A stretch of 64,000 nt of DNA from the human T2T-CHM13v2.0 reference genome, Homo sapiens: NCBI RefSeq assembly GCF_009914755.1, contig NC_060934.1. One strand, written 5' to 3'. The position numbers and the translations under genes were made by a program. This document shows, piece by piece, positions 12,890 through 25,949 of this stretch. The notes beneath the pieces were generated by a model. It was not told the DNA's origin. It saw nothing but the letters and a program-made list of their open reading frames with translations, and did no database searches. Within the stretch, counting starts at the first letter, position 1. Every line of letters begins with the position of its first letter.

Positions 12890-13657
12890 TCCAGTTCATT
12901 GCAGGTTTACAAAATGCTTTTCCACCTTGATCTCTTTTGGTCAAAGTTCTGGGAGTTGGGTTGGGCAGAAGGCATGATCTGCCTCCTACAATTGAGGAAA
13001 CAGAAAGGGCCAGAAAAACAGCCCGGCACCCCATGGAGCTGGAAGGGGCAGAACCGGGCTGCAACTGGAGCGGCGTAGTGACTGATGTGATGGGTCAGGG
13101 GTTCAGAAAAACATGGGTATGTATCAGGCTTTTCCATTTACTGGGTGAGTATCTGCACAGTCACTTCTCTTCTCTGAGCCTCAGTTTTCTCAGCTGTAAA
13201 ATGGGGATGATATCCTCTCACAAGTTGGGTAGAATGTGATGATGGATGTGAAGTATGTAGTAAGTGCTCAATGTATGGTCCGTATTCATACTATCAAAAC
13301 TATTTCTTGCTGCAGATTTCCCCTGTCTCTACGTATCTTGCCCAATCTTCACCTCTCTCTTTACCAGAGGGTCCCATCTGTTATCTCTTTCAACTTGTAG
13401 CCAAAGAAGCTTAAATACTATGTAAATAGTTTAAAAATTCAAGGCACAGACATGTCTGTTGTGTTCTGGATCTGCCAAGAGACATCCTTGCCATTTCTCT
13501 GCCACTTCTAGCTCCATGGGCCCCTGGGCTACTTTTCTGCCCATTTGTTTTCTCAGTTATAGGAGGAAGATGATGCCTTCTGCCCACCCAAAATCCCACA
13601 ACTTTGGCCAAAAGAGATCAAGCTGGGAAAGCATTTTGCAAGCTGCAATGACTTGGA
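12890..13657. repeat. Inverted duplication, arms 12890-13052 and 13498-13657 (MIR-derived)
   Basis: Manual alignment of arm 1 with the reverse complement of arm 2 gives about 28 differences in 163 nt (~83% identity). Confidence 0.92.
13070..13290 (+). mobile_element. MIR SINE in the spacer of the inverted repeat
   Basis: tctctgagcctcagttttctcagctgtaaaatggggatgata...gtaagtgctcaat. Confidence 0.85.
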
Positions 13658-14649
13658 GATATGCGTGTCCTTTCAGCAGTGAAAGGGGATTAAGAGAAGC
13701 TGCCGCCATGGGCTGGAGTCTGACCTGGCATCATCTGGACAATGGCTGGCATTTGTGGGGCTGTGAGTTTCTAAGAAGGAAATTACCTTGGCACCTTAGC
13801 AGTATTAAGCAATGGGCAGCTGTCTAGAGCCCCATCTGTAGGGGACACACACAAAAAAACCCACTGGAAATTTAATGTCACAGGCAATGTTTACTCAAGT
13901 GCTTACAGGGAAAGTTTGATGAAATGGGAAGATCCTTTTTGGATAAGCTGCGTGGGATACAGCATAGTCTCCCAGAGTGAGTGCCAAGAGCATAAGATGG
14001 TCCCTAAATAGGGTGGAGACAACCATCTGAGGAGCTTTCGGTTTGCTGGGTGTATTTGGGGCCAAAGCTGAATGGCTTGGGGAACCCGCTTGCTGTGGGA
14101 TACGTGGGTCTCTCTATCATGAGTCCAGGCTGAGGCTGGAAAGGTGGAAAGGGAGGAAGGTGCAGTGAATATCAGGCATGTGACTGTCCTGCTATTAAGT
14201 CATTTACCCAGACTGTCCCACCCCAGCCTGAGGTTGACGTGATAGGGGCGCATATATTAGGCAGATGCTGTGGGAACTCCCTGAATGATTGCCCAGCTCT
14301 GGGATGGACCTGGTCATGCTTAGAGGAAAACAAACCCTGCCAGGCATTCAGGTGGCCCGGGAGGTGGGGGTGCTGGCAGTGAGTGTGTCTCACAAAGGCC
14401 ACTGCCCTAGAGGCAAAGGCTGGTTGGAGGCTGGCCCAGTTCCTTCTGTTCCTAATCCTACAGAATCTCCTTGAAATTTCATGGGCCTCAGGGGTGACCA
14501 TGGGCTGAGGGATTGAACGCTCCATGGCAGAAGCTTCACTTGGTAGTGAAAACAGCAACCTCTCCACCACCCAGTATGAATGAGCCACAGCTCCAGGCCT
14601 CCTGCCATTCACATGGTCTAGGCAGATGGTCCAGCTAGTAGCTGTGCCT

Positions 14650-14880
14650 GTGCTGAGCTCCTGCTGTGTGCCAACTACTCTGTTAGGTGGCTCCTCCTGT
14701 ACCCAGTTTTTAATCCTTCCAATAAGCTTGCAAAGTCAGTATTAGAATTCCCATTTTATAGAGGAGGAAGCTGAGGCTGGGGTTAAGGATTCAGCCTCTA
14801 GGGGGTTGGGGACTCAGTCCTGGTCTAGAAGGACCCTCCCTCCCATGCATGTCTTCCAGTTCTAAAGTCCACACTGGATG
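14650..14880 (-). mobile_element. MIR SINE
   Basis: cccattttatagaggaggaagctgaggct. Confidence 0.7.
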
Positions 14881-16223
14881 AGATTTCCAGTGTCCTGCCC
14901 TGCTTGCTGGGTCCTTGTGGGTTTTCGTTGTGGGTGAGGGAACTTCAGGATTCACAGATGCCGGCTGACTTAGGGTCTGGGGAGCTGGGCTCCCACCCTA
15001 TTAGGGACCAGCCATAGCTGCTGGGGCCTCCTACTTAGGTGAAGAGGAAGCAAATAGACAGTTGTTTGTGGGGCCCTGCACAGAAGGTGGAGGCGTGCTC
15101 AGGGGAATGGGGTGGGACTCCTTCTCCCTGCACCTTTCCAGCTTTTCTGGGCACTTGGTAGTGGGAACCCCAGGGGCCAGTACTGCTTTTCTTCTGCTTT
15201 TTGGGGTGGAGCTGGGAGGTGTGAAAAGGAAATGGAGGCCCTGGGCAGAGGTCAAGCACAGAGGATCAAAAGACCAATGTGGTATTTGCTTGTCCCATTT
15301 CCTTGCCAAAGGCCACTCCTGAAGCACAAAGCCCGGATCTTCAGAACTTGAGCCTTGCTATCCTTCTGGAATTCTGGACTGAGACAGGGCAGGGGGCCAT
15401 GGCCAGATGGATTCTTGCCTCGTTCTAGCCAGGGGAACAGCCGACTTGTTGGGCTGGACCAGGAATATGGCTGGCCCCTCACCCACTTTAGGAATCCTAA
15501 TTGATTTCTTTTTTACATTGCACTTTGCAACTCCCTTCTCCTGCAGGTGAAAGGGGAAATTGGAAGGTAAAACCTGCGGTGGCAAGGCCTTGAACATTTC
15601 TTATCATCTCCAAGTGCAGGGTGGAGAGAGTGACAGCTTTATGATGATTAACCTGTGGGTCTGCTGCGTTGGAAAAAAATTAATCTCGAGGCCCAAGACC
15701 CCCCGGCCCCCGGGCACTTTTAAATGCTACTTTCTCAAGGCTATGAACTTGATTCTTCCCCTCCAACTCATTGTGTTTATTTTGAATAGTACTTCTTAGG
15801 AACTTTTACATTAAGCTTTACTAGCTGATGTTGCTTAGTTTGGACTAACGTCTATAATAGGCTTATTTCCCTGGTGTAATAATGGAAAATATGCTTCATT
15901 TCATGTGCCGCCTCGGCTAAATTGTAGTGGTAACATGGAGCTCTGTATTGGGAAGAATCTGGGGCCAAGACCAGACTCACCAGAAAGTAGTGCTGTGATT
16001 GATTAGCAATGCCTGTCATGGCCATGGGAGGCAGGAGTGGGGACACCTGTGCCATCCCCTATTTAGGAGATTAATTTCCCCACTCTTATCTGTCTAGTCT
16101 GTAGCAAACAGACCTTTAACATAAAGAGTCAATGCTCTTCTGCAAGGGTCCAATATGCTGTGCCCAGTAGGGCACCTTATGCACTCCAGAATAGTCTTGA
16201 TTTTCACCCAGCTTTTGAAGTGA

Positions 16224-17690
<1,467 letters not shown>

Positions 17691-18387
17691 ATGTGTTGTA
17701 AAGTGACTTGAATTTTGATTCCCATTTGTTCGAGCCTGCCAAGGCTTAAATCGCGTTTGTTGGAATGCGAGGAAAGGAGGAAGAGTGGTGATTGAATGTG
17801 CTTGATAAAACTTCTCTATTTTGTGTTTGGAATAAAAATGGGAAGCTTGAGATAAAACGGTGCTTGTTTCAGTGCTGAACAGGCTTCTCCAAGCAGGGCC
17901 TCGTGTCTAATACTCCCCTAGAAGTGGGGAGGGTGGCACCAGGCTGGGCACTGTCATGGGGTCAGTATAAGGGGTGGCAGTGGGATGGAGGTGGGAGACA
18001 CCGTTTCCCCGGTGGGAGGGCATGGATGGTTCCACAGAGGGGCAGCCAGAGCCCAACATGCAAGGGTGGGGTTTGTCGGGTGGGGCAGCTGTTCCAGGCA
18101 GTGAACAGCATGTGCAGGGCATGAGCCGTGTGCATTAACTTCCACCACACGCCGGGCGCCGTGCTGAGCAGGGGGAGTGTTCCCTGCTTCTTTCTAATCC
18201 AGATCCCCAGCTCCACCAAGCTGCATCCCAAAATGTAGTGTTCACTGGTCTGTTGATTTTACTTTTCTTGGGTAGCTAGTAGACATAATTTGTGTATCTG
18301 TGTGGAATATGGCATCTCTTGGAGGTGACTGGTGTTGTAGGCTTCCTACAGAGTTGGCTGTGACCCTGTCATCATTCTCACACTTGG

Positions 18388-18742
18388 TGATATGGTTTGG
18401 CTCTGTGTCCTCACCCAAATCTCATCTTGAATTGTAATCCCCATGAGTCTAGGGAGGGACCCGGTGGGAGGTGATTGGATCATGGGGGCAGTTCCCCCAT
18501 GCTGTTCACGTGATAGTTAGGAAGTTCTCATGAGATCTGATGGTTTCATAAGGGACAGTTTCCCCTGCAAGCTCTCTCCCTCCTGCCGCCTTGTGAAGAA
18601 GGTGATTGCTTCCCCTTCACCTTCTGCCATGATTATAAGTTTCCTGAGCCATGTAGAACTGTGAGTCGATTAAACCTCCTTTGTTTATGAATTACCCAGT
18701 CTCAGGTATGCCTTTATAGCAGTGTGAAAATGGACTAATACA
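18388..18742 (+). mobile_element. THE1 (C/D-like) MaLR solo LTR
   Basis: tgatatggtttggctctgtgtcctcacccaaatctcatcttgaattgtaatcccc...gcagtgtgaaaatggactaataca; 5-bp TSD cttgg / ctcag. Confidence 0.95.
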
Positions 18743-19299
18743 CTCAGCTTCTCTGGCTAACAGGAAGGCAGGGAGGGAGGGTGACACTTGCAGAGCTGCC
18801 ATTGCAGCCCACCATACCTCCCATCTCATGACCAGAAAGGGCAGAACGTGAGAAGCAGAGCCGGGATTTGAAGGGAGTCTGTGGGCCCCCTGGGGCTGAG
18901 CATGTGTAGCAAGCAGAAAGAGTTTGGGCCACTTTGAGTGTCCCCAGACCCTTCCCCCATCTCTTCCCACAGAACTGAGCTGGTGACGCTGCCTCACAGG
19001 GCCGAGGAAGGTCAGTGCATTCAATCTGGTCCCACAGAGTCTCCCCCAGGGGGCAGCAAGGATTTCACTTGGGGCTCTGCCATGGTCATTCTCTGCTGAC
19101 CCTGACCAAGGCCACGTGGGGTGGCTGGCACCACGCCCTGGAGATTACCTGTCCTCCATGTGCTCAGAGCTCAGTAGAGAAACAAGATTAATACTGACAG
19201 GCAAATAATACAGTTTGGATACAATCTGAAGCTATTTGGGACACAGGTACATCCTGTTCCTTACAGCACACCCCAGTTCAAACTATCCACATTCAAGGG

Positions 19300-19500
19300 C
19301 TCAATAGTGGCACGTCCTTAGTGGCTATCGTGTTGCGCAGCAAAGCCTCAAAGACTTAAACAAGTTATTTAGCCTTTCTGTGCCTCAGTTTCCTCATCTG
19401 GTGGATGGGGACAATAAGAGTACCTACAGATAATACACACATAGGGTTTAGCACAGCCCCAGGCTCAGGAAAACTTTGATAAATGCTCATTCATTATATT
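19300..19500 (+). mobile_element. MIR SINE
   Basis: ctgtgcctcagtttcctcatctggtggatggggacaataagagtacctac. Confidence 0.8.
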
Positions 19501-20279
19501 GCTAGTGTTGAAGGCAGGATTGGGGGGTGTGCAGTTCTCCCACTTTGGGTTTGGCTTTGGGAAGCAACTTTCCTTCAACTTGGATCCTGTGTCCACCTCG
19601 GTATTAGCTCTTACTGCCCTTTAGTCTACTGGTCCATTCCTTCTGGCTTGCTAGGACTCCCAATACCTCCCTGGGCAACGAGCTGCTGGGCTATTATACT
19701 GGTGGGTGGAGGGGGAGATGTTTTCCAAAGGAGAGGACCACACCTCTGATCTCCTAGGGGACTACTTTGTCAGCTTGGTTTGTATCATGGGTATCTGGTT
19801 TATTAAATCCATGTGGCAGCTCATGACTCCTTTTAGCATGTTCAGGAGAAAGGCCAAAAGCCTAGGGCAGGGTGACCTGTATGGCATTTTGCCATTTGGC
19901 CAGTTTCTGTCATGTGCAAATACGAGAGTCCTTACTGGGCGCTCCAGAAGTGGTGTTGTCCAGAGCAGAGGGGCCCAGCCTTGCTTCTTGCCCCTGGGCT
20001 GCGCTTAGTGCCTACCAATCAGAAAGCCTTCCGTGATTAGGGTTGAAGATCAATGTTTCCTCAGCCCTTGGTAGGATCCATCAGCTCCCTGGAGAAAACA
20101 AGTTGCCTATCACAGCCAAGTAAGGGGTCAGGTCTTGGTGTGGATGTCAGCCCTGGTCCTGGGCCCCCCACTGTGGGCTGTTGGGCCTAATGGGGTCTCC
20201 CTGAGAGGCCTGCTCCTTGCCTCACCTCCTTGCCTTGTCATCTTCCTTTCATCGTTTCGTGGATTCCACAATTAATTCC

Positions 20280-20420
20280 TCCCTTTCTTCATTCATTTAA
20301 CTAATATTTATTGAATACCAACTGTTCGCTCGGCACATGGTATACAATGGTAAACGCTGGATCCATGAGCTCACTGTCTAAGAGAGTAAGACACTAATCA
20401 AACAATCACACAAACAAATG
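20280..20420 (-). mobile_element. L2 3' end
   Basis: ttcattcatttaactaatatttattgaataccaactgt. Confidence 0.7.
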
Positions 20421-20611
20421 TGCCACTACGACCACAGCCAGCGCCTGGATGTGAGGGAGGGCCAGCTGGCTTGCTTGGTTTGGTGTGTGGTTGGGGTGTT
20501 GGCATTGTCTTTAAAACTTTCCAGGTGATTCTAAGGTGCAAGCAGGGCCCGCCAGTAGGGGCAGGGGCTGGGGTGGGGGTGGAGGGAGAGCATGTGGTGT
20601 GGGTGGGGGTT

Positions 20612-20693
20612 GGGCAGGAGGGAGTGCTTTCAATTCTATACCTGGGCACTCTCTGCAGCCCAGGTACAAAATCCAAAGCACTCCCTCCCACCC
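20612..20693 (-). other. 82-nt near-perfect hairpin (pre-miRNA-like or unrecognised MITE)
   Basis: 36-position bulge-free stem: 30 Watson-Crick pairs, 5 A/C mismatches (G-U on minus strand), 1 C/C; 10-nt loop. Confidence refers to the structure, not to a function. Confidence 0.85.
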
Positions 20694-20761
20694 CTCTCTT
20701 CCTATCTGTGTGACTGTATGTGGGACATTTTGATACAGCCCCATCAAAATGCAAAATTGCT

Positions 20762-21063
20762 GTTTTTTATTTATTTTTTATTTTTTAGAGATAAGGTCTA
20801 GCTCTGTCACCCAGGCTAGAGTTCAGTGGCGTGGTCATAGCTCACTCCTGGGTTCAAGTGATCATCCCACCTCAGCTTTCCAAGTAGCTGGGACTACAGG
20901 CAGGCCACCATGCCTCGCTAGTTTTTTTTTTATGTTTTATTTTCATAGAGATGGGGTCTCACTATGTTGCCTAGGCTGGTCTTGAATTCCCAGCCTCAAG
21001 TGATCTTTCCACCTGATCCTCCCAAAGTGTTGAGACTGTAGGCCTGAGCCACTGCACCTGCCC
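20762..21063 (-). mobile_element. AluJ with a small internal deletion
   Basis: gctctgtcacccaggctagagttcagtggcgtggtcatagctcactcctggg...gatggggtctcactatgttgcctaggctgg...gagccactgcacctgccc. Confidence 0.93.
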
Positions 21064-21108
21064 CTTCTTGCAATTTCCAAGTAACACACCCATCAGTTTT
21101 TTTTGACC

Positions 21109-21111
<3 letters not shown>

Positions 21112-21138
<27 letters not shown>
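21112..21138. repeat. poly(T)27
   Basis: Direct reading. Confidence 0.95.
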
Positions 21139-21139
<1 letters not shown>

Positions 21140-22022
21140 GCTTAAATGGTACCTGAGCCTCACTCCAGGATTAGGGATAGGAGGAGGCTGAGGAAGTGGG
21201 GAAGGATATTTGTTTTCACATAGTACTTGGTAAATCATGAAGAAAGTTGAAAACATAATATTACAATTTTTAAATTTATTTTCTTGGATAGGTAATATAT
21301 TCATGTGGTTACACAAAAAGGTTTTAGAGTGAAAAATCTCCCTCCCAGTTTTAGTTCTGTGCAATTACCACCCCCTATCCTTAACAGGCAAGCACTTTTA
21401 TTTTTTGTTTTATAAGTTTTAGTTTAAAAATCCTTTCCACCTCCCAGTTTTTTATACCAGAAGCAGTATAATGTAAACACTGGTCTGCCCCTGAACAATA
21501 TATCTCTTGGAGCTCTTTCTACGTCAGCACATAAAGAGCTTCCTCATTCTTACTTTTTTTTCCCGAACAGCTGCACAGTACTCTGTTGGATGGATGTACT
21601 GTAACATCATAATTTATTCAACCAGTCCTTACTGATGAACGTTTGTTTGTTTCCCACCTTGTTCTGCTATAATACATTACGCTGTAGTGAATAACCTTAT
21701 AAATATGTCACTTCACATGTTTGCAAGTCTATCTGTGGGATAAGTTCTCAGAAGTGGGATTACTGTGGGTAAAGGGTATAAGCATTGCAATTTTGATAGA
21801 TTTTACCAAATTGCCCTCTGTGGCGGTTCTTCCACCAGTAACGTGTGAGGGAGTTTGTTTCTCCACAGCCTGTCCAACAGGTGAGTTCTTAAACTTTTGG
21901 CTCTTGGCCAACTTTGTTAGACAAATGATATTATCTCAGTGTAGTTTTCATTTGCACTTTTATTATGAATAAGGCTGAGTATCTTTTCATAGAGTTAAGG
22001 GTCATTTATACATTTGTTTTCT

Positions 22023-22101
22023 TTTTTTCACGTTTAAGTTCAGGGGTATATGTGCAGGTTTGTTATATGGGTAAACCCGTGTCATGGGGGTTTGTGGTAC
22101 C
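22023..22101 (-). mobile_element. ~80-bp 5'-truncated primate L1 (old L1PA/L1PB) 3' end with 15-bp TSD
   Basis: tttaagttcaggggtatatgtgcaggtttgttatatgggtaaac..gtcatgggggtttg; TSD atacatttgttttct (22008-22022) / ataaatttgttttct (22102-22116). Confidence 0.88.
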
Positions 22102-22258
22102 ATAAATTTGTTTTCTATGAACTGTCTACTCACATCCATTTGTGTGATTGTCCTTTTCTTAGCAATTTGTAAGAGCTTGTACATTTTAGAAAGATTAGCC
22201 CTCAATTTGTGATATGGCTTATAAATATGTCCACTTAGATTTTTCTTGCTTATTGTTA

Positions 22259-22564
<306 letters not shown>

Positions 22565-24479
22565 TGCTTGTTATTATTTTTTTCCATGCAGAAGTTTTAA
22601 TTTTTATTAATCAAATGGATCAGTCTTTTATGAGTTCTGGAATTTGAGTGTTGACTAGAGATGTTACCCATGGCTTTATAGGAATTCTGCTGCTTTCGTC
22701 CAGGCATTTTGTAGTTTCGTAGTTTTTAGTTTTAAGTTTTTGATCCCTTTGATGTTTATCCTGAAATATAGTGTGGGGCATGATTCCAACTTTATTTTTC
22801 TCCAGATGGCCACCCAGTTGGTCCCATACTATTTATCGATTCAACTATATTTTCCTCACTGATCTGAGATGTCACATTTATCACATCCTCACTTCCACAC
22901 ATAGCAGGGTCTATTTCTTATATTTTTATTCTGTTCTATTGGGATATTTGTCTGAGCATATGCCAGTGACACTCTTATTACTGGGAATAGATAGCATGCT
23001 CTTTTTCATAGCTCTCTTTTTCCATTTCTGTGGATATGTTGGTTTAGTTTTCTACACGAACTTTAAAATCAGTTTGTCTGCTCCTGTAACGTCACCCTCC
23101 ACCCCTAATTGTGTTAGTATTTTATAGACCAGTGGTTAGGAATGTAGATGCTGAAATGAGACTGCCTGCATTCAAATCCCAGTTGCCATTTTCTCTGTGA
23201 GTGGGCAAATTTCTTAGTTTTTTAAAACTTCAATTTCTCTATTGAATATTCCACACAGTATCCTGTTACGACAATATTCACAGAAGGAACGCAGCTAACA
23301 CTGATTTCATTTACCAGGTACCAGGTACAATACACTTATTGCTGATGTTATGATTCTGATAATCATTACTGAAGTGTCTCCATGACAAAGTGTCCCCACA
23401 CCAGAACAACCATATCTCAATGTCATGTGTCACTGGAGGGTGGCAGAAGGAAGGGCTCTGGTAGCTTAGCTTGTCTATGACCATGAGATTGGGTGTGGAG
23501 GGCCTTCATGACCTCTTGTCTCCAGTGGGAGAGCCTCATGTGTCCTGAGATTTAACACACATTGCAACCTCTGGGGGCTGGGAGTGTTGCCTGGACACAC
23601 TGTGCCCTTCTAAATCTCAAAACACAACCCCCATCTTTTCTCCTCTCTCCACTTCTCAGCACCTTTCCTCATCATAGATATGTTCTTTGATTAAAGAAGA
23701 GAGAGGCCTGAATAATAAGAATGATGATAATAACAACATTTGCTGATATTTCGTGTCTCTTATCCTCCGACAACTTGGAAGGAGTAGCTGGGAAGGAATC
23801 TAAATCATGGTGACCATTCAACAATTGTCAGGATTTTTGGTTTTGATGCATAGCTTCCAATAAACCCTGTTGGGCTGGAGCTTGGCATCTTCCTCTTGCT
23901 ACCTGGAGATGTGCAGCAGTGAGAGTCAGTCTCAGGCCAGATTCCACCATGTGAAGAATGAGAGGTAAGTGTCCACCAAAGCATCACCCCCATGCCTGTG
24001 AGTGTGGAGGGTCCTTGGCATTTGGACAAACACTGTGTGTAAGAACACTTCAAGAGAAGGAAACAGTGTTTTGGTGGCAGAACCTGCCATCCTTCTAGGA
24101 ACACGAGGTGGCAGACCCCTCCATCACGTAGGGGTTGGGGCACACAGAACCAAAGGGAATTCTAGTCCCAGAGCTGTGCTGTGCCTCTGGGTTTCTGCAT
24201 GCTTAAACTCTGTTTATGCAAAGGCTAGAATGCTGGACAGTCTTTCTAACCAGCCCTGATTCTTGAACCCTGTTTTTTATCCACGACAGGTGTGTCTGAC
24301 CTACATGAGGTTAGGCTATAAGCCCTATGAAGTCCTTGATAGCACCTTCTAGAGCATGGGTTCCTGATAGGGAATTTCAACTGTTTACTTATTGCCTTAG
24401 GGTGAAAATGAAAGTAAATTTATACACATGTCTACATTTCCTTCACATTGTCTATACTTGAGTGTTTTAAAGTAATTAA

Positions 24480-24640
24480 TAGATGAGATAATAGGGTCTT
24501 AATTCAACTCTGACTTCACACATGGGGAAACTAAGGCTGAAGAAGGCAAGTAACTTGCCCAAGGTTACATGGCCACTAAGTGGGATTCTGGAATTGAAAC
24601 CTAGGTCTCTGCTGCCCAAAGCCTAGGCCTCTGCCCTGCC
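24480..24640 (-). mobile_element. MIR SINE
   Basis: atggggaaactaaggctgaagaaggcaagtaacttgcccaaggttacatggc. Confidence 0.8.
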
Positions 24641-24789
24641 CAACTTTCCCCGAACAAGACTTAGAGCTCTCACAGTCCTAGTCCAAAGTCTCTCAGTAAT
24701 GTCTGATGTAAGGTCTCTGACTTAGGGTGTCTTCAGACCCTTGGTTATGGGTCCCTGAAAGCTGGTCCCTGAAGGACTGAAGGAACTGG

Positions 24790-24995
24790 GGGGTAGGAGC
24801 CCAGGCCCAGATTCAGGCCCTGCAGTCAGGCCTTCTATGTCCAGCTGTGTGATCTGAGGCAGGTTACTTCATGTCCTGAGCCTTAGGTTTCCCTTCTGAA
24901 GAGTGAGAAGGATGATTCCTGCATGAAACAGTGTGTATCAAGATTTAATTCAGTGCCCAGTACATACTAGATGTCCACAAACTGTTGCTGTCATC
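24790..24995 (+). mobile_element. MIR SINE
   Basis: ccagctgtgtgatctgaggcaggttacttcatgtcctgagccttaggtttcc. Confidence 0.7.
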
Positions 24996-24999
24996 AGAA

Positions 25000-25460
25000 G
25001 GAATAGAGCACTCAACACAAACAGGTTTAATCACATGAAAGGTGATGTTTGGTTCATGCAACTGGAAAGTCCAGAGGTGGGTGGGTTGCAGGATTCGTTG
25101 GTCCAGGGCCTCAGTGCTGTCACCAGAGACCCAGTCCTTTCCATCCCTCTATTCTTGTCTACAATGACTGCCAGTAGGCCCATGCTTCGTGGCTGAACTC
25201 ATAGACTGAGCCAGGGCCTGGTGATCCCTCTGAGTAGATGGGCTTCAGTCACAGGCTGTCTTTGGGACCAATGACCCTGGCCAGGAGATGGAATATGCCG
25301 GTTGGTGTGAGCCATTGGGGCCTACCCCTTGAACTGGAGGCTTCACTTCCTCCAGAGCACATGAGTGTGTGTGTGTACATGGAAAGCAGGTGGCTGTTCC
25401 AAGGCCAACCAGGGTTCAGTTAGGAAGAGGAAAAGAGGGCTGGGAGCTGAGTGGGCTGCT
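25000..25460 (-). mobile_element. Old MLT1 solo LTR
   Basis: ctcaacacaaacaggtttaa..ttggttcatgcaactggaaagtccagagg..gtccagggcctcagtgctgtcaccagagacccagt. Confidence 0.65.
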
Positions 25461-25949
25461 AAAAAATACTGCGGTTTTTCTTATCCTTTCCCTCTTCTTC
25501 AGAAAGTACAAGGAAGGTTCCTCCTATGACCCCATCCCTACCTTGTGGCGAACCAGTTTCTTCTCTGCTGCACAGACAGCCAGGGGCCACTGCTGTCTTT
25601 TGTTGCTCGCATCTGTTTGACACCTCCAACCTGTCCAAATGGGGTCCTCCAGGAGGTTTCTCTAAGAAGTCTTCTGGAGACCCCCAGCCCTCAGGGAGCT
25701 GTCCTCCTCTGAGGACCTCGGCCTCACAAGTTGGCGCTCAGGGACACTTTGTCCCACCATGCTTTTCTACCCTGTGGTGACTGACTCCTCCCAGATGAGT
25801 GGACACTTAGGAGCCATTGTTCTGACCATGCCTGTGATCCCACTCTTGACCCTTTGCCCAGCAGACGTCACCCCAGCCTTGGGTTGAGCTGCTCCTCACA
25901 CCAGCGCAGGGCTGGGCACTGGCCTTGCTGCCTAAATCCTCCTGCCCTT

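Noticed and set aside
13446-13459. p53 response element (acAGACATGTCTgt)
   Set aside because: Only one half-site; neighbouring decamers lack the CWWG core
12744-13827. Similar peptides on opposite strands (MMPSAHPKSHNFGQKRSSW / IMPSAQPNSQNFDQKRSRW)
   Set aside because: By-product of the inverted duplication, with indels between the arms
20550-20566. CTCF site ccagtaggggcag
   Set aside because: One base short of the core spacing and part of a G-rich low-complexity tract
21112-21150. poly(T)-AG as a splice acceptor
   Set aside because: Probably a retroposed poly(A) remnant; no convincing exon or donor follows
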